This document shows positions 60,618-64,000 of a DNA stretch of 64,000 nt, piece by piece. How positions within the stretch are numbered: position 1 is the stretch's first letter; each line of letters opens with the position of its first letter. The stretch covers positions 16,545 to 80,544 of IMG/VR virus record IMGVR_UViG_3300045988_129956. One strand, written 5' to 3'. Below the pieces are notes generated by a model, which saw only the letters and a program-made list of their open reading frames with translations, was not told the origin of the DNA and did not search any database. The translations under genes were made by a program, and so were the position numbers. Source of the stretch: a virus.

Positions 60618-61427
60618 TTAAATACTTAACTCTTCAATGGTCAAGCCTTTTTCTTTTGCCCATTTTAACATCGAGCATAATTCTGTTTCTGATTTATATT
60701 TCGGATCACGCCACGCCCATCCGAATTTATCCAGGACATGATGATATAATTCGTCGGCCTTTGCCGTGTAAATGTCTTTGAATAAATGCTCCGAACCTTC
60801 CGGTATAAGCATCTCTGTTGTTGCAAAATCGGAATACGATAAACATCCGTAAGCATATTCTGTTATTTCACTCCACGCTTCTCCGGCTTTAAATCCAAAT
60901 TCTTTTACAAAAGCCAAAGTTAGATACATATTTAATAATATTGTTACATCATATCCCGAATCTGACTTTCTTTCTATTATTTTCTTTTCAAATTCCTTTA
61001 AATCTTCAGGTCCTAAAAAGATGTATCCTGATACCGACCGATAATTAGCCTCCGCATACTTCTTGCATTTATCATCATTAACAATCTTACCAATGTTAGA
61101 TAACATCTTTTGCCTCCATTCATCACAAAACTCTACCTCTACGTTTATCCAATCGGTACCATAATTGTATTCTTTTGGATGTCCGACCGATATTACCTTT
61201 ATGTTATTCACACCATATTCATAAAGGCGTTCGCCCACCTTATTCGCCCATTCCTGCACAAAAGGAATAAACTTATTGCAATAAGAATCAAAATCAAAAT
61301 CTGCTTCTTCCTCGTATTCCGGCATCTCTTCATAATCTTTTTCAAAGAAATATCGAGGATCTGCTATTGTTTCATAGAAACTTACGTTAATGAAACAAAA
61401 CTCGTTGGTTGTCGTTTTTAATATCAC
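60618..61427 (-). CDS. hypothetical protein (269 aa)
   Basis: ORF. Confidence 0.5.
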   Translation of the reverse strand: MILKTTTNEFCFINVSFYETIADPRYFFEKDYEEMPEYEEEADFDFDSYCNKFIPFVQEWANKVGERLYEYGVNNIKVISVGHPKEYNYGTDWINVEVEFCDEWRQKMLSNIGKIVNDDKCKKYAEANYRSVSGYIFLGPEDLKEFEKKIIERKSDSGYDVTILLNMYLTLAFVKEFGFKAGEAWSEITEYAYGCLSYSDFATTEMLIPEGSEHLFKDIYTAKADELYHHVLDKFGWAWRDPKYKSETELCSMLKWAKEKGLTIEELSI

Positions 61428-61678
61428 AGCTTTTTGTATTTACGTACATTTTTCTTGCCATAGAATCTACACATGGCACGAATCTGACTATAAAATACTT
61501 TTGTCCTCCTGGCCTCAAAGTATTTAAACATTTCTTCATTCTTTGTTTCCCAAACGTAATCCGTTTGGGAACTCATATGATTTTTGTCCTTGCGTGAATA
61601 ATGGTAATATGATACCACAACACGTTTCGCGCCATTCCTTACAGGTACGATATTCACATCTATGTTATTATCTGTCAT
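61424..61678 (-). CDS. hypothetical protein (84 aa)
   Basis: ORF, coupled. Confidence 0.45.
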   Translation of the reverse strand: MTDNNIDVNIVPVRNGAKRVVVSYYHYSRKDKNHMSSQTDYVWETKNEEMFKYFEARRTKVFYSQIRAMCRFYGKKNVRKYKKL

Positions 61679-61787
61679 ATTATTATTGTTTTATGCATTA
61701 TACAAATACAAAGAGCGCATACCTTCACAGGCCGGCGCTCCTTTCAATAAAAATAAAAAAACTAACATTAACATAAAAATCCGTTTT

Positions 61788-62015
61788 CTACTTCTTATGT
61801 TTTAATCTTTTAATGGCATCCTTCCTTGAGTATGCCATTACTTTGGTTCCATTAATGTCAAATTCTTTTTCTATTCTGACAATCTTTTCTCTTCTATATG
61901 TAGATTGCATTCCTTTTCCCCTTTTAGTATTTAGCACAAAGGCATCATCTCCGCACATTGCAGCTATTATCATAGGGAGCAACAGACCTCTGTATTTCAT
62001 ATTTTCCCTCCACAA
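61788..62015 (-). CDS. hypothetical protein (75 aa)
   Basis: ORF. Confidence 0.35.
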   Translation of the reverse strand: MWRENMKYRGLLLPMIIAAMCGDDAFVLNTKRGKGMQSTYRREKIVRIEKEFDINGTKVMAYSRKDAIKRLKHKK

Positions 62016-62227
62016 TTATTATATCTGCCATATTCGTTTCTTCCATCATTCCGTATTTCAAAAATCATCTTCTTATGATCTTTGCCTGGTAACTTATCCT
62101 TAACAGCCGATATTACGCCCGCTATAGACGTGAATCCCGAATCTGTTATTGAACACAGTAACACACCTCTGTCGGCTCCGGTGCTTATCGCTGACGCCTT
62201 TATAATATCATTCTTATATATTCTCAT
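61997..62227 (-). CDS. hypothetical protein (76 aa)
   Basis: ORF. Its ATG lies 22 nt downstream of tRNA-like element 1. Confidence 0.4.
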   Translation of the reverse strand: MRIYKNDIIKASAISTGADRGVLLCSITDSGFTSIAGVISAVKDKLPGKDHKKMIFEIRNDGRNEYGRYNNCGGKI

Positions 62228-62248
62228 AACTTTTTTGTTTTATTGTTT

Positions 62249-62308
62249 GTGAGATGCCCAGAATCGAACCAGGACCGGCACATACGCACCGGCACGCCGC
62301 GTCATCCC
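62249..62308 (-). ncRNA. tRNA-like element 1 (acceptor-stem plus T-arm minihelix; not a canonical cloverleaf)
   Basis: Minus sense: GGGATG-29 nt-CCTGG-TTCGATT-CTGGG-CATCTC-aca. The T-loop is GGTTCGATTC. There is a 6-bp acceptor-like pairing. There is no room for both D and anticodon arms. Confidence 0.3.
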
Positions 62309-62322
62309 TCTATGACATAAAA

Positions 62323-62336
62323 ATAGGCATGCCTAT
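62323..62336. promoter_or_regulatory. 14-bp perfect palindrome ATAGGCATGCCTAT (protein-binding site candidate)
   Basis: Perfect dyad, intergenic, next to tRNA-like element 1. Confidence 0.3.
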
Positions 62337-62401
62337 CCTCACGAACCGACATGCCAAAACCCAAAACTTAATTTGATGAATAAAATAGATTAACAAAAAT
62401 A

Positions 62402-62758
62402 CTATTCTAATTCTTTTATAATATCTTTCACAATATTCAGCCTTACCTCCTTCGTTTCTGGACTAAGACAACCAAACCACCCATAAAACGTTCTTGTTTC
62501 CTCTGGTTCTGTGGCCATACTTATCTTCTCTTCCAATTCCGGGAAATATATTCTCACCATTTCGTCTGAACGAAACTCATAGATATTTTTATGTGTTTTG
62601 AAATACATAAACACTACATTTCTTAACGCAACACATATGTATTCCCCATCCTCTAACCTATCAATCATCTCATATACCTTTTTCCATATGAATAATCGCT
62701 CTTCTTTTGTAAACATAAATTCGGCATCGCAGCAAACTATTTTATCAACTTCAATCAT
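62402..62758 (-). CDS. hypothetical protein (118 aa)
   Basis: ORF. Confidence 0.5.
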   Translation of the reverse strand: MIEVDKIVCCDAEFMFTKEERLFIWKKVYEMIDRLEDGEYICVALRNVVFMYFKTHKNIYEFRSDEMVRIYFPELEEKISMATEPEETRTFYGWFGCLSPETKEVRLNIVKDIIKELE

Positions 62759-62766
62759 CTTCTTCT

Positions 62767-63114
62767 TTATTTTTGTGGTATTATTTGACTGTGTGCAGAC
62801 TTTTCCATGTACACAACACTATGTTCCTGTCCAAACATTTTCTTTGCCGCCTCTTTCTTTATCGCACAATATCTTCCTGTACGATACGGATTCTTTTGAT
62901 CTGATCCATCCTCGACTTCGATAATAAAACAGCCTCCGTCATCTATTATCTTTTTGCAATCGTCACATACTCCGCCCGTGCATATATGATGCGGCGCCTG
63001 ACCTTTGATATTATTTCCTAATAAAGCAATCCCCATCTCTTCGCCACATATCATGCAGACTTCTATAGACGGATTCAATCCGTGCTCTGGGTGTAATGTG
63101 ATACCATCTTTCAT
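62767..63114 (-). CDS. Cys-rich small protein (115 aa)
   Basis: ATG 63114 sits 8 nt after GGAGGA (63121-63130 on plus). CMICGE...C..C..C. The track ORF starts at 63189, which would overlap tRNA-like element 2. Confidence 0.5.
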   Translation of the reverse strand: MKDGITLHPEHGLNPSIEVCMICGEEMGIALLGNNIKGQAPHHICTGGVCDDCKKIIDDGGCFIIEVEDGSDQKNPYRTGRYCAIKKEAAKKMFGQEHSVVYMEKSAHSQIIPQK

Positions 63115-63143
63115 TTTCTTTCCTCCTTTGTTTTTAATGTTGT

Positions 63144-63188
63144 GTGAGATCGCCGGAATCGAACCGACCTGCTGCACCATGAATCCCA
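63144..63188 (-). ncRNA. tRNA-like element 2 (paralogue of element 1)
   Basis: Minus sense: TGGGATT-13 nt-GTCGG-TTCGATT-CCGGC-GATCTCA-c. 24 of 26 nt are identical to element 1 over the T-arm / 3-prime acceptor. Confidence 0.3.
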
Positions 63189-63195
63189 TAAAGCA

Positions 63196-63225
63196 AACGC
63201 TCCGATCTTCGCAGACGGGAGCGTT
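63196..63225 (-). terminator. hairpin (8-bp perfect stem) just upstream of tRNA-like element 2
   Basis: AACGCTCC-14 nt-GGAGCGTT. In minus sense it is followed by TTGCTTTAT. Confidence 0.3.
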
Positions 63226-63456
63226 CTGTCTAAAGCATAAGAAAATTAATGAAGAAAATTTTTCTCACTTACGACATAGCATCTAAAATAGCTATCAACA
63301 CTATTTCTATGACAAGCATAATAGAGAATGTCTTAAATATCTTTTTCATATCTCCTCCTTTTTTATCTGTTCTTTTCACGTTCCACAATAAACTGTTCCG
63401 GCTCTGCTCCGACCTACGCCCTACCTACAACCGCAGGCCTTAGCCCAAGACGCCGC

Positions 63457-63726
63457 CTACTCCCCCTCTATGGCAGCCTGTTCGTACCTACAAATCCGGT
63501 CTCCATCTACACAACTAACACTACGCGATAACAAACATTTATCCTTATAACAATCATAAAAAATACACCTCTCACAACCGTAATCCTTAACGTCTACACA
63601 GCTAACTACCTTAGCATATACTATACCATCACTGCCTTCTATTCCTTTCACCCCAAAAATAAAACCTTCTACTTCTTTACTCAAATCTAAATCGGGTGCA
63701 AAATCATATACGTTCATACCATCCAT
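63457..63726 (-). CDS. Cys-rich small protein (89 aa)
   Basis: ORF. It is the first gene downstream of the tandem repeat array on the minus strand. Confidence 0.5.
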   Translation of the reverse strand: MDGMNVYDFAPDLDLSKEVEGFIFGVKGIEGSDGIVYAKVVSCVDVKDYGCERCIFYDCYKDKCLLSRSVSCVDGDRICRYEQAAIEGE

Positions 63727-63798
63727 ATTTTAATTGTTAAACATTCCTCTTAAAAAAAAATACTCACATAATGCAGTCCTTAGCCCTTAATCTGTTGG

Positions 63799-64000
63799 AA
63801 GGAACCTATGTAATGCTGTTTTAAGCTCCTGTTATACTTGATTTTGTGGAAATAATCCACATTATGCTGTTTTAAAGCACTGTAGGTCTTAATTTTGTGG
63901 GAAGAAACTACAAAATGCCGTTTTAAAGTTCTGATCTGTTGAATTTTGTGGGAAGAAACTACAAAATGCCGTTTTAAAGTTCTGATCTGTTGAATTTTGT
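63799..64000. repeat. tandem array of ~51-bp direct repeats (at least 4 units, continuing beyond the window)
   Basis: Units lie at 63799-63849, 63850-63901, 63902-63952 and 63953-64000. The last two are identical, and earlier units diverge progressively. The conserved core is AATGCyGTTTTAAAG ... ATTTTGTGG. Confidence 0.7.

Noticed and set aside
62249-63188. Calling the two T-arm-containing elements bona fide tRNA genes
   Set aside because: There is too little sequence between the acceptor-like 5-prime strand and the T-arm (13 and 29 nt) to hold both D and anticodon arms. They are therefore reported as tRNA-like, pending a scanner.
63799-64000. Possible CRISPR array at the window end
   Set aside because: Repeat units abut each other with no unique spacers. 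The units are ~51 bp and diverge progressively. No cas genes are present. This is a tandem direct repeat, not CRISPR.
1-64000. Diversity-generating retroelement, or stop-codon reassignment typical of some gut phages
   Set aside because: No reverse-transcriptase motif (YxDD context) was found in any ORF. The 2238-aa and 2148-aa ORFs are uninterrupted under the standard code. The only suspicious in-frame stop is the TAA in the OMP gene.

Overview
This window reads as a 64-kb stretch of a tailed dsDNA phage or prophage. The low GC, Bacteroidota-style signal peptides and the TTTG / TAnnTTTG promoter motifs suggest a Bacteroidales host; this is inferred from the sequence, not searched. Coding density is high and the layout resembles Crassvirales.

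- **Plus strand, 1-29523:** a run of very large virion or cargo genes: a 5-prime truncated ORF at 1-1746, then ORFs of 1007, 2238, 179 and 752 aa, and a 2148-aa ORF at 23077-29523.
- **Island at 14.3-23.1 kb:** this island of small genes interrupts that run. It holds a Gly/Cys-rich membrane and coiled-coil protein, an RG-repeat protein, a protein with a DUF2829-like C-terminus, and an intact TnpB gene (IS200/IS605 family, the RNA-guided nuclease family) with no tnpA.
- **Convergence at 29.66-29.78 kb:** the plus-strand genes meet a long minus-strand block across two hairpin terminators, one of them a 17-bp perfect palindrome.
- **Minus strand, 29892-63726:**
  - Replication and recombination genes: an SF2 helicase, a Cas4-like and a second PD-(D/E)xK nuclease, the C-terminal domain of a DnaB-like helicase, and a possible primase.
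  - An unusual operon: unknown - acyl-carrier-protein-like - NfeD-like - SPFH/flotillin-like.
  - A Panacea-domain (PanA-like) candidate antitoxin locus.
  - An IS1595-family DDE transposase gene. Beside it sit a lipoprotein and an outer-membrane beta-barrel gene that is broken by an in-frame TAA.
  - About 40 small hypothetical genes.
- **Non-coding features:**
  - Two paralogous tRNA-like (acceptor plus T-arm) elements lie just upstream of minus-strand genes.
  - A 440-bp untranslated region carries nested inverted repeats.
  - A degenerating 51-bp tandem repeat array runs off the right edge of the window.

No terminase, capsid, DNA polymerase, integrase, reverse transcriptase or CRISPR array is visible in this window. 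All functional calls come from motif recognition by eye and need HMM or structure searches.
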